Shown piece after piece: positions 1 through 20,205 of a stretch of DNA of 64,000 nt. The DNA is from the human T2T-CHM13v2.0 reference genome, Homo sapiens, in NCBI RefSeq assembly GCF_009914755.1, contig NC_060936.1; one strand, 5' to 3'. Under the pieces are notes generated by a model. That model did not search any database, had not been told where the DNA came from, and saw nothing but the letters and a program-made list of their open reading frames with translations. The position numbers and the translations under genes are program-made. Within the stretch, counting starts at the first letter, position 1; each line of letters begins with the position of its first letter.

Positions 1-526
1 TTGAGTGCGTGCCTCTATGTGCCAGGGATTATATTAAGGATTTTAGTAGATTTTATATTTCCTAGTTTTATTAAAATTGTGCTTAATTTAAGATTAAAAG
101 CTACTTGTTAGTTGTTCATTTATTCCATTTATAATTGCTCATTTATTCCGTTAAGTTAACGAGGTATTTGTATATCAGTGAGGTGGAGAGGAGGGGAAAG
201 GTAATATATTTATATTAAAAAGTTCACTTAATGTATTTCCTAGATAGCAGTTATAAAAGGTAGGGTTTCTTTTTTTCTCCTTTCCCTCCTTCCCTCCCTC
301 TCTTTGTTCCTTCTCTGTCTCTCCAATTTTAATAATTGGTATTATCAGTCCTTCCTCATTCATCTTCTTATTTTTCCCTAGATGCTTTTTCCTGGCTCTT
401 ATTGCTTTTTTAGATTTACGTAGGAACTTTAAAATCAACTTGTTTAATTTGAAAATCCTACTAATAATTTTGGGGATGTGATTCACAATAGAGTATTTAT
501 AAAATAGCTCTGAAAGAATCAACATC

Positions 527-829
527 TTTTTTTTTTTTTTTTTTTTTGAGGTGGAGTCTTGCTCTGTCACCCAGGCTGGAGTGTAGTGACTCCATCTCGT
601 TTCCTTGCAACTTCTGCTTCCCAGGTTCAAGCAATTCTTCTGCCTCAGCCTCCCGAGTAGTTGGGACTACAGGTATCCACCACCACTCCTGGCTAATTTT
701 TGTGTTTTTAGTGGAGACTGGGTTTCACCATGTTGGCCAGGCTGTTCTTGAACTCCTGACCTTAAGTGATCTGCCCGCCTCGGCCTGCCAAAGTGCTGGG
801 ATTACAGGCATTAGCCACCGCACCGGGCC
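527..829 (-). mobile_element. Alu SINE (AluS-like), full length, inside an old L1M fragment
   Basis: Poly-T at 527-547, then GAGGTGGAGTCTTGCTCTGTCACCCAGGCTGG ... CAAAGTGCTGGGATTACAGGC ... GGCC. No clear TSD. Confidence 0.95.
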
Positions 830-1169
830 TAAGATGCCAAGTCTTTAAAATGAAAAACATAATTCAATTTGCTTCAGTCTTTAAAAAAATTACTGTTAAG
901 TTTGTCTCTTGGAATTTTTTATCTTTTTGCCCTCTTTGTGAATAGAATGATTCCTTCTATTATGTCTTCTGGTTGTGGTTCAAATGTAAGAATAGTATTG
1001 ATTTTTCCATATTATATTTCTTACCTGGGCCCCATGCTGGATTCTTTCACTATTTGTAATAGTTTTTCAGCTGATTCTCTTGAGTTCTCCAGCTAAGCAA
1101 TCATTTTATCTGCACATATCTCTAAACAATATTAAATAATGGTGATGCTAAGTTGTATGATGAGGTTAA

Positions 1170-1457
<288 letters not shown>

Positions 1458-1599
1458 GGCTAGGTTAACTTCTTTATGTGCACATTCTCTAACAAAGTCT
1501 CCCTGGCTAATTGCTTGACCGAAAGCAGATATAAGCTGTTAAACATGAACACAACCAAACCTGTCACTACAACAAAACAGAACAAAACAAAACATGCAA

Positions 1600-4057
1600 G
1601 TAAAGAAAAACTGTTCTCCAAAGGCTTTGAGAAATATGGGATTATGTAAAGCAACCAAATCTGTAACTTATTAGCATTTCTGAGAAGAGAAGGTAAGCAA
1701 CTTGGAAAACATATTCAAGGATATAATTGAGGAAAATTTCCCCAATCTTGCTAGAGAGATCAACATGCAGAGACAAGAAATCCATGGAACTCCTCCAAGA
1801 TACTATATAAAATGACCATCCCCAAGGCACATAGTTATCAGACTACGCAGGGTCATGGAAAAGAAAAAAATCTTAAAGGCAGCTGGACAAAAGAGTCGTA
1901 TTACCTGTAAAGAGAAATCCATCAGACTAACAGTGGACTTCTCAGCAGAAACTTTACAAACCAGAAGAGATTGCAGGCCCATTTTTAGCATTCTTAAAGA
2001 AAATAAATGCCAGCTAAGAATTTCATATCCCACCAAACTAAGCTTCATAAATCAAGGAGAAATAAAGTCTTTCCTTGATCTTCAATCGCTAAGGGAATTC
2101 ATCACCACCAGACTGGCCCTACGAGAGATCCTTAAAGGAATTCTAAACAAGGAAACAAAAGAACAATACTTGCTGTCACAAAACCAGACACAAGCACATA
2201 ACTCATAGATTCTATAAAGCAACTACACAATTGTGATTACAGAGCAACTAGTTAACACCAGTGTGACAGGAACAAAACCTCACCTATCAATATTAACCTT
2301 GAACATAAATGGCATAAATACTCTATTTAAAATATATAGAGTGGCAAATTGGATTAAAAAAAAAAAAGATGCACCTTTCTAGTGTTTTTAAGAGACCCAT
2401 TTGACATATAATGATGCCCAGAGTCTCAAAGTAAAGGGATGGAGAAGGATCTATCACACAAATGGAAAGAAAAGAGGAGCTCTTCTTGTATCAGATAGAA
2501 TAGACTTTAAACCAACAACAGTAAAGAAGGACAAAGAAGGGCATTACATAGTGATAAAGGCTTGAATTCAACAAGAAGACTTAAGTACTCTAAATAAATA
2601 GGCACCCAACATTGGAGCACCCAGATTTATAAAACAATTACTTCTAGACCTAAGAAAAGACTTTGACAGCCACATAATAGTAGTGGTGGACTTCAACACC
2701 CCACCGACAGCATTAGACACTCATTGGGGCAGAAAACTAACAAATTCTGGACTTAAATTCAACACTTGACCAATTGGACCTGATATATACATCTACAGAA
2801 CACGCTACCCAACAACCACAGAATGCATTCTTCTAATCTGCAGATAGAACATACTCTAAGATTGACCACATGCTTGGTCATAAAGCAAGTCTCAATAAAT
2901 TTTTTTAAAAACCTGAAAATCAAGCCAAGTATCTTCTTAGATCTCAGTGGAATAAAAATAGAAATCAATACCAAGAGGAACACTCAAAACTACACAAATA
3001 CATGGAAATTAAATAACTTGCTCCTGAATGACTTCAATGAAGTTAAAGCAGAAATAAAAAAATTCTTTGAGACAATGAAAATAGACACAACATACCAAAA
3101 CCTCTGGCATATGGCAAAAGCAGTGGTAAGAGGAAAGTTTACAACACTAAATGATTACATCAAGAAGATACAAAGATCTCAATTAACAACCTAAACTTGC
3201 ATCTAAAGGAACTAGAAAAACAAGAGCAAACTAATCCCAAAGCTTAGCAGAAGAAAAGAAATAACTAAAACTAGAACAGAACTAAACAAAATTGAAACCC
3301 AAGAAAAAGTACAAAGGATCAATGAAATGAAAAATTGGTTTTTTGAAAGGTTAAACAAGATTGATAGACTGCTAACTAGACTCAAAAAAGAGAGAAGATC
3401 CAAATAAGCACAATTAGAAATGAGAAAGGTGACATCATCACTGATTCCATAGAAATACAAAAGATCCTTGGAGACACTATGAACATCTCTATGCACATAA
3501 ACTAGAAAATCTAGAGGAAATGGAGAAATTCCTGGAAACACACAACCTCCCAAGATGGAAACAAGAAGAAATAGAAATCCTAAACAGACCATTAACGAGG
3601 AATGAAATTGAATAAATAATAAAATACCTACCATGCAAAAAAACCCCTGGACCAGATGGATTCACAGCTGAATTCTACCAGAAGTACAAAGAAGAGCTGG
3701 TTCCAATCCTTCTGAAGCTATTCCAAAAAATCAAGGAGTAGAGGCTTCCCCCTAACTTATTCTATAAACTCATTATCATCCTGATACCAAAATCTGGCAA
3801 AGACATAACAAAAAAGAAAAACTACAGGCCAATATCGTTGGTGAACATAGATGCAAAATCCACAATAAAATACTAGCAAACCAGATCCAGCAGCGTATCA
3901 AAAAGTGAATTCCCTGCAATCAAGTGGGCTTTATTCTGGGGAATGTAAGGATGGTTCAACATATGCAGAATTAAAAACATGTAAACAATTAAAAACCAAA
4001 ATCATATGATCATCTTAATAGATGCAGAAAAAGCGTTTGATAAAATACAACATCTCC
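1600..4057 (+). mobile_element. Old LINE-1 (L1PA16/17-L1PB age), 5' portion: ORF1 C-terminal half, EN domain and start of RT; degenerate
   Basis: ORF 1855-2208 (KILKAA..IRLTVDFSAETLQTRR..RISYPTKLSF) is L1 ORF1p-like. ORF 2823-3194 ([25 protein letters not shown]) is ORF2p-like. Many stops and frameshifts. Interrupted at 4057 and resumes at 10635. Confidence 0.92.
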
Positions 4058-4437
4058 TTTTTTTAAAATTTTTTATTTTTTTATTATTTTTTTATGTTCT
4101 TTTTTTATTATTATACTTTAAGTTTTAAGGTACATGTGCACAATGTGCACGTTAGTTACCATATGTATACATATGCCATGGTGGTGTGCTGCACCCATTA
4201 ACTCGTCATTTAGCATTAGGTATATCTCCTAAAGCTATCCCTCCCCACTCCCCCCACCCCACAACAGTCCCCAGAGTGTGATGTTCCCCTTCCTGTGTCC
4301 ATGTGTTCTCATTGTTCAATTCCCACCTATGAGTGAGAATATGCAGTGTTTGGTTTTTTGTTCTTGTGATAGTTTACTGAGAATGATGATTTCCAATTTC
4401 ATCTGTATCCCTACAAAGGACATGAACTCATCATTTT
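4058..4437 (-). mobile_element. LINE-1 3' end with poly(A) tail (outer copy, L1PA3-type diagnostics)
   Basis: T-rich tail at 4058-~4110, then TTATACTTTAAGTTTTA.. 3'UTR. The sense strand reads GCTAAATGACGAGTTAATGGGTGCAGCACACC and GCACATTGTGCAC, which I recall as L1PA3-type. Confidence 0.9.
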
Positions 4438-4704
4438 TTTTTAATTTTTTTTAATTATTTTATTTTTTTATTTTTTATTTTTATTATTATTATTATTTTT
4501 ATTATACTTTAAGTTTTAGGGTACATGTGCACATTGTGCAGGTTAGTTACATATGTATACATGTGCCATGCTGGTGCACTGCACCCACTAACTTGTCATC
4601 TAGCCTTAGGTATATCTCCCAATGCTATCCCTCCCCGCTCCCCCCACCCCACCACAGTCCCCAGAGTGTGATATTCCCCTTCATGTGTCCATGTGTCTCA
4701 TTGT

Positions 4705-8520
<3,816 letters not shown>

Positions 8521-8583
8521 TATGATGTTAGCTGCTTATTTTGCTCGTTAGTTGATGCAGTTTCTTCCTAGCCTCGATGGTCT

Positions 8584-9598
8584 TTACAATTTGGCATGAT
8601 TTTGCAGTGGCTGGTACCGGTTGTTCCTTTCCATGTTTAGTGCTTCCTTCAGGAGCTCTTTTAGGGCAGGCCTGGTTGACAAAATCTCTCAGCATTTGCT
8701 TGTCTGTAAAGTATTTTATTTCTCCTTCACTTATGAAGCTTAGTTTGGTTGGATATGAAATTCTGGGTTGAAAATTCTTTTCTTTAAGAATGTTGAATAT
8801 TGGCCCCCACTCTCTTCTGGCTTGTAGAGTTTCTGCCGAGAGATCCGCTGTTAGTCTGATGGGCTTCCCTTTGTGGGTAACCCGAGCTTTCTCTCTGGCT
8901 GCCCTTAACATTTTTTCCTTCATTTCAACTTTGGTGAATCTGACAATTATGTGTCTTGGAGTTGCTCTTCTCGAGGAGTATCTTTGTGGCGTTCTCTGTA
9001 TTTCCTGAATCTGAATGTTGGCCTGCCTTGCTAGATTGGGGAAGTTCTCATGGATATTATCCTGCAGAGTGTTTTCCAACTTGGTTCCATTCTCCCCATC
9101 ACTTTCAGGTACACCAATCAGACGTAGATTTGGTCTTTTCACATAGTCCCATATTTCTTGGAGGCTTTGTTCATTTCTTTTTATTCTTTTTTCTCTAAAC
9201 TTCTCTTCTCACTTCATTTCATTCATTTCATCTTCCATCACTGATACCCTTTCTTCCAGTTGATCGCATCGGCTCCTGAGGCCTCTGCATTCTTCCCGTT
9301 GTTCTTGAGCCTTGGCTTTCAGCTCCATTAGCTCCTTTAAGCACTTCTCTGTATTGGATATTCTAGTTATACATTCATCTAAATTTTTTTCAAAGTTTTC
9401 AACTGCTTTGCCTTTGGTTTGAATTTCCTCCTGAAGCTCTGAGTAGTTTGATCGTCTGAAGCCTTCTTCTCTCAACTCGTCAAAGTCATTCTCCGTCCAG
9501 CTTTGTTCCATTGCTGGTGAGGAGCTGGGTTCCTTTGGAGGAGGAGTGGCACTCTGCTTTTTAGAGTTTCCAGTTTTTCTGCTCTGCTTTTTCCCCAT
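8584..9598 (-). pseudogene. L1 ORF1p, disrupted
   Basis: MGKKQSRKTGNSKKQS..EMNEMK* has a premature TGA at 9209-9211 (likely CGA>TGA CpG decay). It continues as KRPNLRLIGVPE..RDFV, then frameshifts (track ORFs 9209-9598 and 8528-9142). Confidence 0.93.
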
Positions 9599-10630
9599 CT
9601 TTGTGGTTTGATCTACTTCTGGTTTTTGATGATGGTGACTTACAGATGGGTTTTTGGTGTGGATGTCCTTTCTGTTTGTTAGTTTTCCTTCTAACAGACA
9701 GGACCCTCAGCTGCAGGTCTATTGGAGTTTGCTAGAAGTCCACTCCAGACCCTGTTTGCCTGGGTACCAGCAGCGGTGGATGCAGAACAGTGGATTTTCA
9801 TGAACCGCGAATGCTGCTGTCTGATCGTTCCTCTGGAAGTTTTGTCTCAGAGGAGTACCTGGCTGTGTGAGGTGTCAGTCTGCCCCTACTGGGGGGTGCC
9901 TCTCAGTTAGGGTGCTCGGGGGTCAGGGGTCAGGGACCCACTTGAGGAGGCAGTCTGCCCGTTCTCAGATCTCCAGCTGCGTGCTGGGAGAACCACTGCT
10001 CTCTTCAAAGCTGTCAGGCAGGGACGTTTAAGTCTTCAGAGGTTACTGCTGTCTTTTTGTCTGTCTGTGCTCTGCCCCCAGAGGTGGAGCCTACAGAGGC
10101 AGGCAGGCCTCCTTGAGCTGTGGTGGGCTCTACCCAGTTCACGCTTCCTGGCTGCTTTGTTTACCTAAGTGAGCCTGGGCAATGGCAGGTGCCCCTCCCT
10201 GAGCCTCGCTGCCACCTTGCAGTTTGATCTCAGACTGCTGTGCTAGCAATCAGCGAGACTCCGTGGGTGTAGGACCCTCCGAGCCATGTGCGGGATATAA
10301 TCTCCTGGTGTGCCATTTTTTAAGCCGGTCAGAAAAGCGCAGTTATTAGGGTGGGAGTGACCCGATTTTCCAGGTGCCATCTGTCACCCCTTTCTTTGAC
10401 TAGGAAAGGGAACTCCCTGACCCCTTGTGCTTCCTGAGTGAGGCAATGCCTCGCCCTGCTTTGGCTCGCACATGATGCGCTGCACCCACTGTCCTGTGCC
10501 CACTGTCTGGCACTCCCTAGTGAGATAAACCTGGTACCTCAGGTGGAAATGCAGAAATCACCTGTCTTTTGTGTGGCTCACGCTAGGAGCCATAGACCGG
10601 AGCTGTTCCTATTTGGCCATCTTGGCTCCC
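9599..10630 (-). promoter_or_regulatory. L1 5'UTR with internal sense promoter (intact YY1 core), antisense promoter region and the 129-bp ZNF93-binding segment
   Basis: GGCCATCTTGGC at 10615-10626 is the reverse complement of the YY1 site. The segment GTTTGCTAGAAGTCCACTCCAGACC...CTCAGAGGA at ~9727-9855 is absent from L1HS/L1PA2. Promoter activity is not demonstrated, and many CpGs have decayed. Confidence 0.8.
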
Positions 10631-10634
10631 GGGC

Positions 10635-13116
<2,482 letters not shown>

Positions 13117-13229
13117 TGAAAGAATTGGGCATAACCCTCAAAAAAATTCCAGAATGTGGGGCACTACTCTGGTCTCTTCAGGTCAGTGGGATGGGAAAAA
13201 GAGCAGGTGATGGGGCACAGGGGGAGCTA

Positions 13230-13580
13230 TATTAAGATAAACTAAACTTGAGAGATGTAAACATGAAAACAATGTGTAATTCCGTATTGGATCCTGTTGG
13301 GAGAACAAGTTTGAGGGACAATTGGGATTCTGAATAAGGACTAGATATTAGAATTATTATTATAGGAATCCCTAAATTTTTAGGAGTGATAATGGTATTG
13401 TGGCTATGTTAAGAAAACTCCCTAATTTTTAAAAGATGCATGCCAAGAGGTTTACGAGGGAGGCATGCTATTATCTATAATTTACTTTGAAATGGTTCAG
13501 TAAACAAATGAAAAATAGAAGGATGAATGGATGGTTTGATGAATAAATGGAATAAATGTGGCAAAATATTAAAAAACTGT
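13230..13580 (+). mobile_element. Ancient L1M (L1MC/ME-type) 3'UTR fragment
   Basis: TTGGATCCTG, GGACTAGATATTAGA, GTGATAATGGTATTGTGGCTATG and ATTTACTTTGAAATGGTTCAG are typical of L1MC4/L1ME 3' ends. Confidence 0.6.
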
Positions 13581-14344
13581 TCTCATATGCAATTGCTTAT
13601 GAATCAGACTTAGTTTAGTAAAAACCAAACAGCAAGATAAAATAAATTGGATACTGAGGTTATTTTTAGATTTGTTATTACTGTCATGAATAATCTTCAA
13701 TTTCAAATTTATGTTCCTTAAAACTTATTGTTACCATTGATTAATCTTATAATATATGTTACAAAGTTGAACTGATAAAATATTCTAATAAAATATTTAT
13801 TTTGCTGTCTTTTATGTTGTAGATCCACATAAGGTATTCTTTGAAAACCCAGTTTAGTTCACAAGAAAAATGGAAAACAGATTTAGTCTTCTTGCCTTTT
13901 ACGTTGCAGACATAGAACTTGTCATTGTAAATGCAGTGTCAGTAGGTCAATGACCCAAAAGTCCCCGTTCTTTGTGCTGAAAAATATCTGCAGAGAGGGA
14001 ATGTTAGATTTCTGTAAGTGAAATTCTGAACAATACTAATTGTTTGCTTACCTGCAATGTATGGGTTGTTAAGATAAAACAGGGTGGGAACCTGATCTAC
14101 CCAGGCATATCTTTCATGTGAATGTGAAGGAAATGATTCATTGACAACCCCAAAGACCTTGCTGGGAAAACACAGCTCAGTATTGCATCATCAAGCATTT
14201 GAAAACAAAGTGTCAGGAAACAGTTTAGAAATCAGTCTCTATCACTTTCTCTTATTAACTAGTTGTTTGTATTAATAAGAGTAACCACCACTTGTGTTTT
14301 GTTTTGTAGTTTATTAAGTGTATTTGTGATAACTTTTGGAAGTA

Positions 14345-14470
14345 GTAAGGTAGGTCTCATTACTCATTTTTCAGGTGAGGAAAATGAGGCTCCCAGATTT
14401 TCAGTGACTTGTTCAGGATTACACAGGCTGAAAGTGGAAGATCCATGTATTACTACATCTGGGTCTACCT
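14345..14470 (-). mobile_element. MIR SINE fragment
   Basis: CATTTTTCAGGTGAGGAAAATGAGGCTC..GTGACTTGTTCAGGATTACACAG matches the MIR core (reverse). Confidence 0.7.
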
Positions 14471-14604
14471 AGGAAATGGGAGGGCATCAATTGTGTAATA
14501 TAATCTCATAGAAACTCGGTTTTCTGAGCTCTAAGGAGGGCATAATGCTTATTTTACAGTATTGTTATAAAAATAACATGAAATTATATAAAGAAGACAT
14601 CTAG

Positions 14605-15136
<532 letters not shown>

Positions 15137-16974
15137 TCATTTACTTTTTAGTGCCATGTTTATAGTCCTGTAGCTGTAATCTTAATCTGTACCTTAAATT
15201 TTCCACTGTCTAATTCCTTATATACCATCTTAGTAAGTTACAGTATTGCTATATTGAATCTTCAGTATAGTACTTTTCCAGGAGACTAACTGACAGCAAG
15301 CTTCTCTTGCTATTTTAGTTACTAATTCCTTCCCCCACTTTTGGGCAAAAGGCCAAGAGTATTTTGAGGAGATTAAGATGAACCTACAATTTATTGAATC
15401 ATACCATTAAATAGAGTCAGAGTGAAGTTATAATACATTTGCAAAGTGACATATCTAAAGGGGCAGTAAGCAGCAGACGTAAGCAAAGTCATAGAAATCC
15501 ATTTATCTGCCAACACATTTATGTAAGAAATTACACTACTGGTCAGGAATTTCCTGCTGTATGTCATTTTTTTTTTTTCTTATGGAACTTTTCAATAGCT
15601 TGTAATGGGCTGTTGTGCCTCCTCTTCAGGCTTGGCTGTTATCAGTGCCACTCAGATATCCCTTCCTATTCAGTGTGGAGTGCTTTGTGACACTTATGAA
15701 TGGGTGCACCTATTTTTTAACTATTAGAATGTTGATTTATATCACAGAAGACTCATCATTTCTGCTTCCCTACACATAGGCCTGTTGTAAGAATTTACTG
15801 GTTTCAAACATGTATTAATTATATGAACTTGCAGGAAAAGAATGCCATAAAATTGAAAGCTACATGTGAGTTTTATAAGAGATAATTTTCTACCAAAATA
15901 ATATGCAAAGGTAATAATTGGGGAAAATTTCTAGGCAGATGGGGAAAGAAATTCAAGTGTTTCTAATTATGTAGATAATGCTGAGTGAAAGGAAGAGCAC
16001 TGTAGAAGGAATACTTGATGTGTAGCAGAAAACCAGAGTTTGAGTCTAGGCTCTGCCGTCTGCTAGATGAGCGTGGGCAAGACACCTAGGGCTGCAGTCT
16101 CATATACTTCAGCTGTAGAAATGGCCACTGAATCATATTTCTTAACCTCTGTTTTATTTTATTAGGAAAAATGTAACACCCCAGGAAATTTTAGTTTGCA
16201 GACGTGGTGTAAAACTTTACTTATGCAGCCTTATTTCAGTACGCTTGCGTATACAATCGAAGTATTTAGCACTTCAATGTTTGCAGAGATAATTGGCAAA
16301 TAGAAAGTAATATAAAATAAATAAGTAGATTTAATGTTTTCTAATTTTCAATGGAGAAATATGGTTATATATATTTTTAAATTAGATTCAGCAGTAGGAG
16401 ATTCAATGAATTACTTAGCCTCCTAAACATAAATCAGCTTCATCCTTCTCCTTTTTTTTTTTCAATTTTATATCAACAAACTGCCAGGAATGAGAGAAAA
16501 ATTAATATTTCCTGAGAATGACTTTTGCATCAGTTGCATGCAACTGTTGTAAATTGTATCCTATCAGATATTTTGATTCACCTGAATTAAAACTTCTGAT
16601 ATATTATACCGGCCTAAAGATTAAAAAAAATTTTCTGACTTTCTTTCAGACCTTAAAAATGGATTTAATTTCCAGAAATGCAAGTGTGGGTAAATACAGA
16701 GATTATAATGAAATGCTTCATTGTGCTAATGGATAAAAGGGGAAAATCAACTAGAAGTATGTGCTTTTGGGAAGGAAAGGACAAAATTATTACTCTCAGT
16801 AGGTGATACAATTGTCTATTTAGTAAAACTACAAAATCAATTGTAATACTTTTTGAAACAATAAAAAATTTAGTAAAAAGACAAGTTAAAAGTTAAAATA
16901 TATGAAACTCAATAGCTTTCTTATATACCAAACATTACCAATAATAAAATATAAAGGAAAAAGAAATTTATTCT

Positions 16975-17095
16975 CACTAGAACATACACTGCATGAGGAC
17001 AGAAACCATTTTTTTTTCACAGCTGCATCCCCAGCTCCTATAACAGGGTCTGACACATAGTAGACACCATAAACATTTGTTGTGTAAATGAATTC
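16975..17095 (+). mobile_element. L2 LINE 3' end
   Basis: CTAGAACATACACTGCATGAGGACAG...GACACATAGTAGACACCATAAACATTTGTTGTGTAAATGAAT. Confidence 0.75.
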
Positions 17096-17259
17096 GTGGT
17101 AACAAAATATCACAAAATTATTAAGAATATTCTTAATATGAAATTCATAGGATCTTTAATCCTATATTTCATGGAAAACTGGTATGTGAATTGAGTTGGT
17201 GAATTCTCAGAAAGAAGGATAGTGGTTATATGTAGAATGTTTTTCTCCACCAGACATGG

Positions 17260-17610
17260 ATTCATTCAATAAATATGTTTGGGGATCTACTCTGTGCTTG
17301 GCGGTGTTCTAGCCACTGTTCTAGGCACCAATAGACAAAAATAGACAAAAATCTCTGTTGTCATGGAACTTATCATCTCATTTGGAGATATAAACAATAT
17401 GCAAATGAATAAGTAAAATAGATAGGATGTCAGATGGTGCAAAATGTTAAGGAGAAGAATAAAGCAAAGAAGGGGCTGTAGAGTTCCAGGGTTTGGACAG
17501 GGGATGGAAGTAGACGGAAGTGGCAGCTGTGAATAGGGTGCTCAGGCAAGATCTCACAGACAAGGTGGTATTTGAGTAAAGACCTGGAGAAGGTGAGTCA
17601 TGTGGCTATC
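17260..17610 (-). mobile_element. L2 LINE 3' fragment
   Basis: TTCATTCAATAAATATGTTTGGGGATCTACTCTGTGC...AAGGTGGTATTTGAGTAAAGACCTGGAG. Confidence 0.75.
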
Positions 17611-17611
17611 G

Positions 17612-18950
17612 ATATTAAAAGCTACAGTAATTAAAACAGTGTGGTCGTAACTTCAAAGAGACACAGAAAAATAGAACAAAATATTGAGTTCAGAAATTGG
17701 CTCAAATATATGTGAAGATTTAGCATGTGATAAAGTGGCCAAGAAAATGGACTGTTTTTAAAGAGTGCTGGAACAACTTGCTAGCCATTTTGGGGGAAAA
17801 AGGTAAGTTGGGATCTCACCTTATCCAGACAAAAATTACAAATGGATAAAAAGTTTTCATGTTAAACCACACACATTAAACAGCTGAAGAATGTTTAAGT
17901 ATATATTTTTATACAGCCTTTGACTAGAGAAGGCCTCTTAAAGCATAATAAAGCCAGAAAATGAACAGAATGGTCCACAGATTAGACCATATAAAAGTTT
18001 GAGGTGGCAAAAATAAAACAAAATAAATAAAAAATTAAAATCACCACCAATAAAAGTTAAAAAAATACATATTACAGAAATACTATATTTCCTTATTCTA
18101 GTCCCCACTCTCTTTCAAAAAATGAACAGAATGGTCCACAGATTTGACAATATAAAAGTTTGAGGTGGCAAAAATAAAACAAAATAAAAAATTAAAATCA
18201 CCACCCATAAAAGTTAAATTAAAAAAATACATATCACAGAAATACTGTATTTCCTTATTCTAGTCCCTGCCCTCCTTCTGAAGTTAGTGTATACATTTAA
18301 TGTGGTGATGTCTCTTTCTCCTTGCTCTTAGGAACTATTAAATTGATAGTATATATTCTAATAAACTGCCTGTTAGAGAGCAGACTAAGGTATATAGAAA
18401 GCTTTAAAAAGCAACATATTTTTGCATACTCAATAGCAAAAGTAAAAAGCCTATGAACACAGTTCACAAGGAAAGAAATGCAAATAACTAAAAAAAGGGA
18501 AGAGATGTTAAACCTTTTGGGTAAAAAGGAAAGGTCAGCTGAAATTGCATTGATATGCAATGTTTTACCCATTGGATTGGTAAGCCCTAAGAGGATTGTT
18601 ATGGGAGGCAATGGGAATATACAACATTCTCATTTACTGCTAATGGGAGTGTGAATTTGTACAGCCTTTCATTAAAACTGAATATGTTTATGCCTTTTAA
18701 ATTTCCTTGGATTTTTTTCCCTAAAAGGATATAATTGCACAAGTGTTCAAAGATAAGAATGTATGTACAAAAATGTTTATCTCAGCATTGTTTGCAATAG
18801 TAAATAACTGGAAATGATCTTGATGTCCATTAATAGAGAAATGGTTAAATAAGCTACAGTAGAATGCTATGCAATGTGGAATGCTATGGAATGCTATGCA
18901 GTTATTATTTATTTATATGGGAAGATGCCCACAATAAATTGTTTATCAAA
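17612..18950 (+). mobile_element. Ancient L1M ORF2/3' remnants
   Basis: TAAAAGCTACAGTAATTAAAACAGTGTGG, GTGCTGGAACAACTTGCTAGCCATTT, GGGAGTGTGAATTTGTACAGCC and GTCCATTAATAGAGAAATGGTTAAATAA. Confidence 0.65.
17958..18278 (+). repeat. Two-copy tandem duplication, period 161 bp
   Basis: AAAATGAACAGAATGGTCCACAGATT...TTTCCTTATTCTAGTCCC starts at both 17958 and 18119, with scattered substitutions and small indels. Confidence 0.93.
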
Positions 18951-18959
18951 AGGCAGATT

Positions 18960-19718
18960 ACTACAGCCATTTTGGAAGACAGTTTGACACTTTCTTACAA
19001 AACTAAGCATCCTCTTATCATATGATCCAGCAATTGTACTCCTAGGTATTTACTCAAACTTAACTTCACACAAAAACCTGTACATAAATGTTTGCAGTAG
19101 CTTTATTCATAGTTGTCAAAAATTGGAAGCAACCAAGATGTCCTCAAGTAAATGAGGATAAAACAAACTGAAGTATATCCAGATAATGGAACATTATTCA
19201 GTTATAAAAATAAATGAGCTATTAAGCCATGAAAAAACACTGAAGAATCCTACATGCATATTGCTAGGTGAAAAAATAGCATTTGGCATTCTAAAAGGCT
19301 ACATACTCTATAACTACAAGTATATGACATTCTGGGAGGGGCAAAACCATGGAGACAGTAAAAAGATCTGTGATTGGCAGGGATTGGAGGGAAGTCAGGG
19401 AGGGATAGATAAGTGGAGTGCAGAGAATTTTTAGGGCAATGAAACTATTCTGCATGTTGCTGTAATGGTGGATACCTGACATCATACATTTGGCAAAACC
19501 CATAGAGGAATGAATCTTAATATACATTTTAGGTAGTAATGTATCAATATTAGTTTATCAATTGTAGTAAATGTACCACACCAAAGCAAGTTGTTAATAA
19601 TAGGGGAAATTGGTGGTGAACAGAATGGGAATATATAGGAACTCTCTACACCTTCTGGTTAATGTTTCTGTAGTCCTAAAACTGATCTAAGAAATAAAGT
19701 CTGTTAGTTAAAAAAAAT
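18960..19718 (+). mobile_element. L1MC-type 3' end
   Basis: ACAGCCATTTTGGAAGACAGTTTG..CATATGATCCAGCAATT..TATATGACATTCTGG..GGAACTCTCTACACCTTCTG..AAATAAAGTCTG(A)n. Confidence 0.8.
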
Positions 19719-19739
19719 GCATGTATGATCCTCTTTTTA

Positions 19740-19744
<5 letters not shown>

Positions 19745-19775
<31 letters not shown>
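19745..19775. repeat. (TG)15 microsatellite
   Basis: Uninterrupted TG run. Confidence 0.98.
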
Positions 19776-19777
<2 letters not shown>

Positions 19778-20205
19778 GGGGATGTGTAGAAATAAGTTTG
19801 GAAGGATAGCATCAAAATGTTAAGAGTGGTATCTTCCAGTGGTGAGACTGTGAGAGATTTTCACTTTTTAATTTATGTCTTTTTATACTGTCTACAATGT
19901 TTTATATTCTTATGATCAGAAATAATACAATTTCATTTCAAAAGCAAAAACATAAGACAACAGCACCAACTAAAAAAGAGAAAACTAACAAGAATAAAGT
20001 AAAATGAAAAAATAACCCGTAATTCTACCATCTAAAGATAACTACTATTAACATTTTGGTATATATTTCAGGTTATTTACAATAAATTATGTAATATGTG
20101 AAATATATAGATAGATAGATACACACATTAAATACAATTTTACAACACAATCATAGTTTATATATGTTCCACAGTGAGCACATCTATAGGGACCTATCCC
20201 AAAGG

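Noticed and set aside
527-845. Alu lacking a visible TSD as a non-classical insertion
   Set aside because: It has a normal tail at a TTT/AA-like site. The TSD could be hidden in the T run or decayed, and I cannot distinguish these by eye.
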